Shown: positions 1 through 8,010 of the stretch, one piece after another
Position numbering within the stretch: the stretch's first letter is position 1
Layout: each line of letters starts with the position of its first letter
Notes under the pieces: generated by a model
What the model saw: only the letters and a program-made list of their open reading frames with translations
Told to the model about the DNA's origin: nothing
The model's database searches: none
NCBI GenBank assembly: GCA_030841185.1
Contig: JAVEDB010000057.1
Location: 1 to 53,854, forward strand
DNA: 53,854 nt
Direction of reading: 5' to 3'
Origin: Actinomycetota bacterium
GTDB lineage: Bacteria > Actinomycetota > Actinomycetes > JACCUZ01
Made by a program: the position numbers and the translations under genes

Positions 1-55
1 GGGAGCCGGTCCCGTGCGATAGCCTTGCTCCCCGCGGTCGGCTCCGCCGTCCCGA

Positions 56-128
<73 letters not shown>

Positions 129-203
129 CCCCCTCGTCCACGGCCCCGAGGTCCCTCGCGGACAAGGGTCAAGGATCCGGGCCTATCGGCCGAGAGTGCT
201 TGC

Positions 204-371
204 ATGACCAACTACGACCTGTTGCTGCGAGCGTCCCGTACCAAGGAGACCCTGGCGGACCTGCTTGCGCTGGTCCCGGTCGGTGACGGGGTCGAGGATC
301 TGCGGACCAAGTCCGCTCTGCTGCGGATGCGCGCCGAGGAGCTGCGCGTCGCGGCCTGGCTCGCCGTCTAG
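204..371 (+). CDS. small hypothetical protein (55 aa, MTNYDLLLRASRTKETLADLLALVPVGDGVEDLRTKSALLRMRAEELRVAAWLAV), below the ORF-track cutoff
   Basis: ATG 204 to TAG 371, third positions mostly G/C, purine-rich GAGAG upstream, helical amphipathic composition. Confidence 0.55.
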   Translation: MTNYDLLLRASRTKETLADLLALVPVGDGVEDLRTKSALLRMRAEELRVAAWLAV

Positions 372-552
372 AGCACCGCCCTCGCGGTACCGCGCTCGGC
401 GTACCGCAGTGATCGCGAGTTTGGGGAAGAAAGTCGAGCCGGTTCCATGATTTTCCCGCAACTCGCGATCATGTCGGCTGCCCGATCGTCGGGACGAGCC
501 TGTGGCGAACGGACAACGGCGCCGCTACCTGGCACCGGCTCGACCTCGCGCG

Positions 553-846
553 CTAGAGCCCTTCGGTCAGGACCAGGGCCAGGCAGAGGCCGGCGGCGCA
601 GACCAGCAGGGCCATCAGCAGGATCCACGGCCCGCGGGGGATGTCGCGGCGCGGACGTGACCGGGCCGCGCGCTGCTCACTCACGTCCTGGTCGATGTCC
701 CGGCCGACCGTCAGCCAGTCGCGCAGGTTCTCCTGCGCAGCCTCCTTGCTGACGAGATCCTCCGCGACGACTCGCTGTCGCACACCGAGGGACGCCTCGA
801 GCATGCCCAGTGCACGAAGTTCCTGCTCCTCGTGCGGCTCCGCCAT
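553..846 (-). CDS. hypothetical protein with C-terminal transmembrane helix
   Basis: GGAGG RBS before ATG at 846 (MAEPHEEQ...); hydrophobic C-terminus WILLMALLVCAAGLCLALVL. Confidence 0.6.
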   Translation of the reverse strand: MAEPHEEQELRALGMLEASLGVRQRVVAEDLVSKEAAQENLRDWLTVGRDIDQDVSEQRAARSRPRRDIPRGPWILLMALLVCAAGLCLALVLTEGL

Positions 847-1043
847 CGAACGCCCCCCTCCGCGGCCGCCTCTCAGGCCAGCCGCATTTCGCAGGGTAGC
901 CGAGCGCGGGGGGTCGGGTCGGCACAAATGATCACTTGTGGAAGACAACCCGTTTGGCCTAGCGGACGTCAGTAGGTATCACCGGTGGCTTCCCGTCGCT
1001 CGAAAGGGTGCCTGCCCTATCGCAGGAGACAGAGGAGACGGCC

Positions 1044-1217
1044 ATGTGCACCCATCGACCCGCATGCCCGCCTGCGTCCGCGCCGGACCGTGACGCAGCC
1101 CGGGTGCTCAGCGGTCACGCCGAGCAGGGCTGGAGCCTGCTCTGCAACGGCGTCATCGCATTCGACGACGGCGGCGACCTCCTGCCCGACGGGCGGGCCG
1201 TCCCCCCGGCAGCCTGA
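1044..1217 (+). CDS. DUF5999-family small protein
   Basis: MCTHRPACP...EQGWSLLCNGVIAFDDGGDLLPDG matches this actinobacterial family; GAGGAG RBS. Confidence 0.8.
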   Translation: MCTHRPACPPASAPDRDAARVLSGHAEQGWSLLCNGVIAFDDGGDLLPDGRAVPPAA

Positions 1218-1371
1218 CGAGGCGTCGCCGCCTCGCTCACCGCTCGGCGGCGGCGTACGTCGCCGCGCTTAGGCCTGTCGTGCCGGCGGCACCGGCGGCC
1301 GCGCCGATGAGAAGGTGACGAATCATGCGCGCCTGTTCCCGCCCTGCCGGTGCCCATGCACGGCGATCAGG

Positions 1372-1989
1372 TCAGGGGCCGGAGGTCAGCACCTGCAGCC
1401 AGTGCAGGGTGAGGTCGCACGCCGGGGTGAGCCTCGCCAGCATCGGTGCCTCCGTCGTCTCCCACGTGAAGGTGACCTGATAGACCCGGTTGGCCCGCAG
1501 GGCGCGACCGAGGCACTGGTTGCGAGACCGGGACGTATAGATCGCGTAGGCCGGCACCTTCTTGGGCGACAGCTCGACCCTCGTGACGTTGAAGCCGGAT
1601 GTCATCCATTGCCCGATGTCGCCCTGGAAGACCGACGGGGTGACGCTGCCGGTGAACCGGCCGGCCTGCAGCGTGACGTCGATGTCGAACGAGCGATCAA
1701 CGCCACGGACGCTGCACAGTTGCAGGGAGGAGACGCCGGTCAAGGCGCCCGACACACCACCAGAGGCGGGCAGCGTTTCGAACTGCCGCTGCACTGACTC
1801 CAGTTTCGTCTTTCCCAAGGGTTCCGCGAACGGCTTGCAGTTCAGCGGGCGAATAGCCTGTGTTGTCCCGCTTGTGCCTGACGTGTTGCTCGACGTGGGG
1901 CCCCGCTTGGACTGGTCCCCCTCACACCCGGCCGTCAGAAAGCTGCCGACCAGGAGTACGGCGAGAACCAGACAACGCAATCGAACCAT
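1372..1989 (-). CDS. putative lipoprotein
   Basis: Signal peptide with lipobox LTAG-C, Ser/Thr-rich linker, several Cys. Confidence 0.6.
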   Translation of the reverse strand: MVRLRCLVLAVLLVGSFLTAGCEGDQSKRGPTSSNTSGTSGTTQAIRPLNCKPFAEPLGKTKLESVQRQFETLPASGGVSGALTGVSSLQLCSVRGVDRSFDIDVTLQAGRFTGSVTPSVFQGDIGQWMTSGFNVTRVELSPKKVPAYAIYTSRSRNQCLGRALRANRVYQVTFTWETTEAPMLARLTPACDLTLHWLQVLTSGP

Positions 1990-2139
1990 CGGGCTGTGTA
2001 CCGGTACCTTCGTCGTGCGTCGTCGGTCAGATCTCGTTCTTCATGGCAACGATGATCATGGCTGTGCCGCGGTTGGCGGCGCAGGCCTCATAACGGTAAG
2101 CGGTCCCGCGAGCGGCTCGCACAGAAATGGATCGGAACC

Positions 2140-3438
2140 ATGCGGTTGGCCCGAGGTCGCCCGACCAGCGACGCTGCCGCCGTCTCTTCGCGGGCGCGGG
2201 TCGTGACCGGACCCGTCGTGGCCGATCGTGGTCTCGTCGCGGTGAGCGGTTCAGTCAGCTGGGACGACGCAGCCAAGGATGAGCTCTATGTCGCCGTCGA
2301 GGCTCGACACGGCCGGCTGCTGGGAGCTTCTCCCGAGAGCCTGCTCCTCGGCGTACTGCCCGCCGCCTCGTCGCGCGGCACCGCGGCCATCCAGGTCGAC
2401 AAACCCGTAGACCCCCTCCTCCTGGACGGCCTGGAGGTCATCCAGGAGTACCACCGGATCTGGTACGGGCTCCCGCCGGTCGCCGTGGAGGCGACGCCGG
2501 CTCGGGCCGCCGTCGCCGGTCCGAGGGGGACCGGTCTCTTCATGTCCGGGGGAGTCGACTCGATGGCCTCCCTGTGGAGGAACCTGCGGCGTTATCCCGT
2601 CGGCCACCCAGGCCGGGTGACGTATGCGCTCTTCGTGGACTTCGTCGGGCCGGCACATCTGGCCGACCTCGACGGGCAGCACCGACGTGCGACGACGCAG
2701 CGGGCCGGGTGGCTGACCGGGGCGATGGCAGAGATGGGGGTCACGCTCGTCCCCGTCGTGACGAACTTCCGCGTGCTCGACGGTTACGAGTTCGGGACGG
2801 ACTGGACCCGTCATTCCCACGGGACCCTGTTGGCTGCGGTAGCCCATGCGTTCGGCCCTGCGCTGTCCCGGGTCCTGATCGCTTCTTCCTATTGGGCCGG
2901 TCGCCTGGAACCGTGGGGGTCGCATCCGCTCACGGATCCCCGCGCGAGCACGTCGTCGATGACGATCACGCATGACAACGAGCAAGCCCGGCGGCTGGAC
3001 AAGCTGCGCCAGCTGGTGGACTGGCCCGCGGGGCTGGCCCTTCTCGACGTCTGTAGCTTCTGGCGCGAGCGAGAGCGGCCGGACGTCAACTGCGGCCGGT
3101 GCGAGAAGTGTCAGCGGACGATGGCGTCGCTGGTCGCTGTGGGTGTCGAGCCCTCGGGCCTCGCGTCGTTCGCCGGTCTGGACGTGTCGCCGGGCACGAT
3201 CGCCGCGATCAACCGGCTCGGCAGCAACGGCTTGCGCGGCGCCTGGGGAGACATCCAGGATCAGCTGCCGGCCGAGCGCCATGCTCTGCGCCGAGCGGTC
3301 GCCCTGCTCCTGGCCAGGGACCGCGTGGCGACGCCGCTCCAGCGGCGGCTGGGCCGGCGGGCGCTGGCCGTCGCCAAGTACGTACGCGGTCGAACGGTGG
3401 CTCAACGCGCCGGCCGACGGGGAGTGCAAGATCGCTAG
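2140..3438 (+). CDS. PP-loop (adenine nucleotide alpha-hydrolase) protein with QueC-like 4-Cys motif
   Basis: LFMSGGVDS PP-loop; C-x12-CGRCEKC cluster; GSHP motif. Confidence 0.7.
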   Translation: MRLARGRPTSDAAAVSSRARVVTGPVVADRGLVAVSGSVSWDDAAKDELYVAVEARHGRLLGASPESLLLGVLPAASSRGTAAIQVDKPVDPLLLDGLEVIQEYHRIWYGLPPVAVEATPARAAVAGPRGTGLFMSGGVDSMASLWRNLRRYPVGHPGRVTYALFVDFVGPAHLADLDGQHRRATTQRAGWLTGAMAEMGVTLVPVVTNFRVLDGYEFGTDWTRHSHGTLLAAVAHAFGPALSRVLIASSYWAGRLEPWGSHPLTDPRASTSSMTITHDNEQARRLDKLRQLVDWPAGLALLDVCSFWRERERPDVNCGRCEKCQRTMASLVAVGVEPSGLASFAGLDVSPGTIAAINRLGSNGLRGAWGDIQDQLPAERHALRRAVALLLARDRVATPLQRRLGRRALAVAKYVRGRTVAQRAGRRGVQDR

Positions 3439-3520
3439 CGGAGGGTGACGCCGCTCACCCCGATGGGGGCTGTGCCACCTGGCGCGCGGCATCGCACTCT
3501 CGTCAGAGACGCCGCGCTGG

Positions 3521-3760
3521 CCCAAGGGGGACGTGGACGGCGCGGCGTCGTCCACGGTCTGCGGCGGCCGGGCCCGCGGGGGCGCGGGCGCCCCCGCGGG
3601 CCGGCCTGGCCCGTTCCTCCCAAGGGGGGACGTGGGACGACGGGCCTGGAGACAGGTGTAGTCCGTCGACGCGGTCGTGACTACCCTTCGGGGCGGTTCA
3701 GTTACTGGTCGTTTGAGCTGCTCCTTCTCGGCGTATCCTCGCTGTCTAGCAAGGGGGACG
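3521..3760 (+). repeat. three dispersed copies of CAAGGGGG(G)ACG with GC-rich hairpins
   Basis: Copies at 3521-3539, 3619-3639 and 3750-3760; perfect 15-bp inverted repeat 3571-3585/3588-3602. Confidence 0.6.
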
Positions 3761-3765
3761 GCCGG

Positions 3766-4230
3766 ATGCGGACGCTCACGGGGATTGCGGTCGTGCTGCT
3801 CGTTGCCGGTTGTAGTGGTGGCGGATCCGCATCCACTCAGCAAGCCGGCGGGCCCAGTTCGGGTGCCACAGCGCCGGTCACCCCGTCTCCGAGCGTGACG
3901 GCGTCGCCGACCCCGACCGTCATCTCGACCGTCGCCGCGTGCCGAAATGCCCGGTACGTCGTGGGCGTCGCGCAGTCGTACCTGAAGCGCTGGAACCCGA
4001 ACACCGACCCCTTCGACCACACCCTCGCCGACAATCTGGGTGACGCCGGTGCTGCCCTCGCGAGTTTCGCGACCACTGCGGGAGCCTCTGGCGCGCCCAT
4101 CCGGAATGTGGCGAACTCGCTGATCGTGCTCAGCACCGCCATGCACGGCACGGACCGGGCGAGCGTCTTGCGAGCTCGGCAAGCGGCCGGTTCCGCCCTC
4201 GCGCACCTGACAGCCGGCTGCACCGCCTAG
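3766..4230 (+). CDS. putative lipoprotein
   Basis: MRTLTGIAVVLLVAG-C lipobox, Pro/Thr/Ser linker, AAGGGGG RBS. Confidence 0.7.
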   Translation: MRTLTGIAVVLLVAGCSGGGSASTQQAGGPSSGATAPVTPSPSVTASPTPTVISTVAACRNARYVVGVAQSYLKRWNPNTDPFDHTLADNLGDAGAALASFATTAGASGAPIRNVANSLIVLSTAMHGTDRASVLRARQAAGSALAHLTAGCTA

Positions 4231-4422
4231 AGGCGTCTGGCCAGAATCCTTCGGCCCTGGTGGCCGGGAGCAGGCTGCGCGCAACGGGGTCACGACGGGT
4301 GACCCCGTGCGCCCAGGGGGTCTTACCTGCCAGCGATGCCGCTCGTCGTACGCCGTCGTCACTCGTTCGGGCCTCCAATCGCCGCTCCGGCAGGTCGATG
4401 ATTCGGTCATGGCATCCCGTGG

Positions 4423-4629
4423 ATGGGCCCCTTGATCGACGACGGGCAGGATTGCTGGATGACCCCCGATGAGGCCGCCGTGTACACCAGGACCGGCGGC
4501 CTTGCGGTCACCCGTGCCCTGCTCGTTCGCGAGCTCACCGGAGTCCGGATCCCCGCGGGCGGAGTCACCGATTGCCTGATGGCCAAGGCCGACCTGGACC
4601 GATGGATGGCGCGGCGTCAGCCAGTGTGA
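4423..4629 (+). CDS. excisionase-like helix-turn-helix (HTH_17-like) small protein, possibly degenerate
   Basis: WMTPDEAAVY...ELTGVR...DLDRWM pattern typical of MerR-like excisionase DNA-binding domains. Confidence 0.5.
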   Translation: MGPLIDDGQDCWMTPDEAAVYTRTGGLAVTRALLVRELTGVRIPAGGVTDCLMAKADLDRWMARRQPV

Positions 4630-4676
4630 CGGCCCACTCCGTGTGGTGAAGTAGCCCTTCAACGAAGGGCAGGTCA

Positions 4677-5420
4677 ATGTCCAGCGCGCAGTTGTACGAC
4701 ACCATCGGGGCCACCTACACCGTCACCCGGCGCACTGAACCGCGCATCGCTAGGCAGATCTGGGCTGCGCTCGGCGACGCCCGGACCGTACTGAACGTCG
4801 GGGCGGGCACCGGGTCTTACGAGCCCCCCGACCGCAACGTCCTGGCGGTAGAACCATCGGCGCTCATGCGTTTGCAGCGCCTCCCGGAGGCGGCGCCGTG
4901 CGTGGCTGGATCTGCCGAGCACTTGCCGTTCGATGACCAGTCCTTCGACGCCGCGATGGCTGTGTGCACCGTCCATCACTGGCAGGACCCGATCGCCGGG
5001 CTGCGCGAGATGCGGCGCGTCGCCCGCCGCGTGGTGGTGTTCCTCTTCGACACCAGTGACCCCAGCCAGTTCTGGCTGACTCGTGACTACGTCCCGGAGT
5101 TCGCTGCCTTGCGAGCCGTCAAGGTCTTGGCATCGCTGGGCGAACTGGCTGGCGCTATCGGAGCCAGGATGGAACCGGTGCCCATTCCGTGGGATTGCGC
5201 TGATGGCTTCTTCGAGGCCTACTGGCGCCGGCCCGAGGCATACCTGGACGAGAATGTCCGTCGCGGAGTGTCGGTCTGGACGAGCCTCGGGCCCGACGCG
5301 GAGCAGAGGGCAGTGCACAGCCTCCGTGACGACCTCGCCTCAGGTCGGTGGGCCGAACGCAACCGCGACCTCATCGACCTCGAGGCGGCGGAGCTTGGCG
5401 CGCGGCTGCTCATCGCCTGA
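4677..5420 (+). CDS. class I SAM-dependent methyltransferase
   Basis: VLNVGAGTG motif I, AEHLPFDDQSFDA, HHW motif. Confidence 0.9.
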   Translation: MSSAQLYDTIGATYTVTRRTEPRIARQIWAALGDARTVLNVGAGTGSYEPPDRNVLAVEPSALMRLQRLPEAAPCVAGSAEHLPFDDQSFDAAMAVCTVHHWQDPIAGLREMRRVARRVVVFLFDTSDPSQFWLTRDYVPEFAALRAVKVLASLGELAGAIGARMEPVPIPWDCADGFFEAYWRRPEAYLDENVRRGVSVWTSLGPDAEQRAVHSLRDDLASGRWAERNRDLIDLEAAELGARLLIA

Positions 5421-5428
5421 CTAACGGG

Positions 5429-5502
5429 TGGGGCGGGTGGGACTCGAACCCACGACCCAAGGATTATGAGTCCTCTGCTCTAACCGGCTGAGCTACCGCC
5501 CC
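5429..5502 (-). tRNA. tRNA with CAT anticodon, most likely tRNA-Ile2 (lysidine-modified)
   Basis: Reverse complement GGGGCGG TAGCTCAGCCGGTTAGAGC AGAGGACT-CAT-AATCCTT...GGTTCGAGTCCC...CCGCCCC-A; fully paired acceptor stem, so not the initiator. Confidence 0.93.
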
Positions 5503-5784
5503 GATGGCATCGAGCCAAGCCGGGTCCGCGGCCACGGACGATACCGCAGCGGAAAATGGCGCCGAGCAGCGTCGGGAGGCGTCAACCTGGCAGCGGCCCG
5601 CCCCGGAGCCTGCGGAATCCGTCGCCGTTTCCGGCCGCGACCCACCGGATCGGGCCCTGTCACCCCAGAAGGATCGCGAGGTCACCCGTCGTAACCGATC
5701 GACCTTCCCAGCACGATTTTCCGGAGTTACGATTCGCTCGCGTTGCAGCAGCCGGCGCCGTTCTCCCCCCCGGATTGGCGGCCA

Positions 5785-6174
5785 ATGATCACTGTCCCGC
5801 AGCCGACCAAGGTCGGTGGGCACACCGTCGTCGACGTCTCCGGCGAGGTAGACATGTCGTGCGCGAGCGACATGCGCGACACCCTGTTGGCCCTGGTCAA
5901 CCGAGGCGTGGAAAGCCTTGTCGTGGACCTGCGAACGGTCACCTTCATCGACTCGACCGGCGTCGGCAGCCTGCTGAGGATCTTCCACCGGCAGACCCTG
6001 CTCGGCGGCGCCGTTCACTTCGTCGCCGACCAGTCAGCGGTCTTGCGGGTGTTCGAGGTCATGCAGCTCACCCGTCGGCTGCATCTCGTCGGCAGCCTGG
6101 CCGAGGTTGACGCGTGCTGTCCTCAGCTGTTCGGCGCCCGGGTGATCAAGCTCCCGGTGCCGTCGGCACGGTAG
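5785..6174 (+). CDS. STAS-domain anti-sigma factor antagonist
   Basis: VVDVSGEVD...VVDLRTVTFIDSTGVG (phosphoacceptor Ser motif). Confidence 0.88.
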   Translation: MITVPQPTKVGGHTVVDVSGEVDMSCASDMRDTLLALVNRGVESLVVDLRTVTFIDSTGVGSLLRIFHRQTLLGGAVHFVADQSAVLRVFEVMQLTRRLHLVGSLAEVDACCPQLFGARVIKLPVPSAR

Positions 6175-6252
6175 ACCCGGATCCGCCCGATTTCCCGGAT
6201 CGCGGCCCCGTGGTCAGGCGATCCCCCTACTCTGACGCCTAGAGGGGGCCGC

Positions 6253-6849
6253 ATGTCCATACGTGAGGAATCCGGGGTCGCAGTAGCGACGCCGGACATC
6301 ATCGTCATCTCGAGTCGACCGTCCGTATCTGGACCACCCGTCGCGACGGTGACGACGCGTGGCCCACGCTGGCCGCGCCACGTGATCGCCCTCGTCATCG
6401 CCGCGGTTGTCCTGGGCGTCGGCGCGCTGGCCATCTCGCGCTTGGGCAGCGGCCACGACGTTGCCCAGCCCGCTGCCGGCAAACCTGCCGCAGTCAAGCC
6501 CGCGGCCGTCCCAGCCGCACTCGCGCTCTCGGTCGTTGCGCCGGTGAACGTCGTCGCAGGGAAGGCCGTGCAGATCCCGGTGACCTACACCGACGGGAGC
6601 GGTGTCTTCAGTGGCACCTCGGAGGACTGGGGCGACGGCGTCGGCACCAGCTCGCTGAAGCAGAGCGCGTGCTTCGCGACGCCCGTCGCAGCACCGGCCC
6701 TGCACAGCACATACATGTTGCGCCACACCTGGGCCAAGCCCGGGACCTACCCGCTCACCCTCGAAGTGGTGTCCTACTCGTGCCGGGGGACCACCCTGGC
6801 CGAGGAGCGCGTCACGAAGACGATCATGGTCACGGTTTCTGCTCCCTGA
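6253..6849 (+). CDS. membrane-anchored protein with PKD/Ig-like extracellular domain
   Basis: TM helix VIALVIAAVVLGVGALAI; DWGDG and HTWAKPGTY motifs typical of PKD-like folds. Confidence 0.65.
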   Translation: MSIREESGVAVATPDIIVISSRPSVSGPPVATVTTRGPRWPRHVIALVIAAVVLGVGALAISRLGSGHDVAQPAAGKPAAVKPAAVPAALALSVVAPVNVVAGKAVQIPVTYTDGSGVFSGTSEDWGDGVGTSSLKQSACFATPVAAPALHSTYMLRHTWAKPGTYPLTLEVVSYSCRGTTLAEERVTKTIMVTVSAP

Positions 6850-7249
6850 ACACGAACGGCTTCGGCGGGGCGGACAGCGACGCACGGGGACAATTTGCGA
6901 GGTCGAGCCCACCGAAGCCGAGAGCCTCGTCGCACAGGGTCGTGACCGTCCATCCCTGCTCGTTGCCGAACTTGGTGACGGTCACCCGGTAGATCGTGAT
7001 CTCGTACCGCGTCGGCGTGCCGTAGGCCACCTGGACCGTGCCGATGAGCTCGGCCCCGCCCGGGGTTCCGTAGCTCTCCCAGGCGCGGTCGTACCGACTC
7101 CACAGCGAAGGCTCGGACTGCCACACCCCCCCGTTCTGGACGTCACGGAGTGCCAATTCGACGAGGATCGCCCGCGTCGACTCCTCGGGAATGATCGCCG
7201 CCGGCCTGATGACCTCGGTGACAACACCCTCGTCGTACGCCTCTGCCAT
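6830..7249 (-). CDS. hypothetical protein
   Basis: Globular composition and GC3-biased codons from MAEAYDEG; overlaps the convergent upstream gene by 20 nt. Confidence 0.7.
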   Translation of the reverse strand: MAEAYDEGVVTEVIRPAAIIPEESTRAILVELALRDVQNGGVWQSEPSLWSRYDRAWESYGTPGGAELIGTVQVAYGTPTRYEITIYRVTVTKFGNEQGWTVTTLCDEALGFGGLDLANCPRASLSAPPKPFVFREQKP

Positions 7250-7484
7250 CAGTAGCTCAGAGTCGTGCACGGGTGGGAGCCCCATTTCGTCGTCGTCAGC
7301 CGGCCGTTGCTTCCTTCCTATCGGCGCAGTTCCGGGCAGACTTCACGATTCGGACGACCCGAAACACCAGGGGCCACTGGTGCCGGTGGTGCCCCTGTGC
7401 CATGATGGGCCTGCACGACGAGCGTGGGTCCGGCATCGCGAGGCCGCTGGGGAAGGCGTACCTCGCGCCTGCAAGGAGGATCCG

Positions 7485-7982
7485 GTGACGACTCGTGGTG
7501 TTGTCTATGTCCACGCCACCCCGTCAGCGCTGTGCCCGCACGTCGAATGGGCGATCAGCAGCGTGCTGGGCGGGCGGGTGAGCCTCGAGTGGACCCCTCA
7601 GCCCGCCGCGCCGGGCACACTGCGCGCGGAGCTCTCGTGGCAGGGCGAGCCGGGCTCCGCCGCGAGCATTGCCTCCGCCCTGCGGGACTGGCACCTGCTG
7701 CGCTTCGAGGTCACCGAAGAGCCCACCGCGTCATCTGAGGGGGCCCGCTACTCATGCACCCCCGAGCTGGGGCTGTTCGCCGCGACGACGGGGCTGCACG
7801 GAGACCTCATGGTGCGCGAGGACAGGATCCGGGCCGCTCTCGCCCGCGCGGCCAGCGATCCGAGCACGTCGGTGCAGAAGGAGCTCGCAGACCTGCTCGG
7901 CACCCGCTGGGACGAGGAGCTGGAGCCGTTCCGGTACGCCGGGGAAGGCGCCCCCGTCCGCTGGCTGCACCAGGTGGTCTGA
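7485..7982 (+). CDS. DUF3145 domain protein
   Basis: TRGVVYVH..PSALCPHVEWA...WDEELEPFR...VRWLHQV; AAGGAGG RBS; usual neighbour of the actinobacterial fab cluster. Confidence 0.9.
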   Translation: MTTRGVVYVHATPSALCPHVEWAISSVLGGRVSLEWTPQPAAPGTLRAELSWQGEPGSAASIASALRDWHLLRFEVTEEPTASSEGARYSCTPELGLFAATTGLHGDLMVREDRIRAALARAASDPSTSVQKELADLLGTRWDEELEPFRYAGEGAPVRWLHQVV

Positions 7983-8010
7983 CCCGCCGAGCAGCCCGGG
8001 CGTTCTCGCC

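Noticed and set aside
1-9. GGGAGCC at the window start matches the tRNA-Asn 3' end (possible att site or tandem tRNA)
   Set aside because: Only 7 nt are visible at the edge; not distinguishable from chance
5429-5502. Calling the CAT tRNA an initiator tRNA-fMet
   Set aside because: It has a paired 1:72 position and lacks the three consecutive G-C pairs in the anticodon stem
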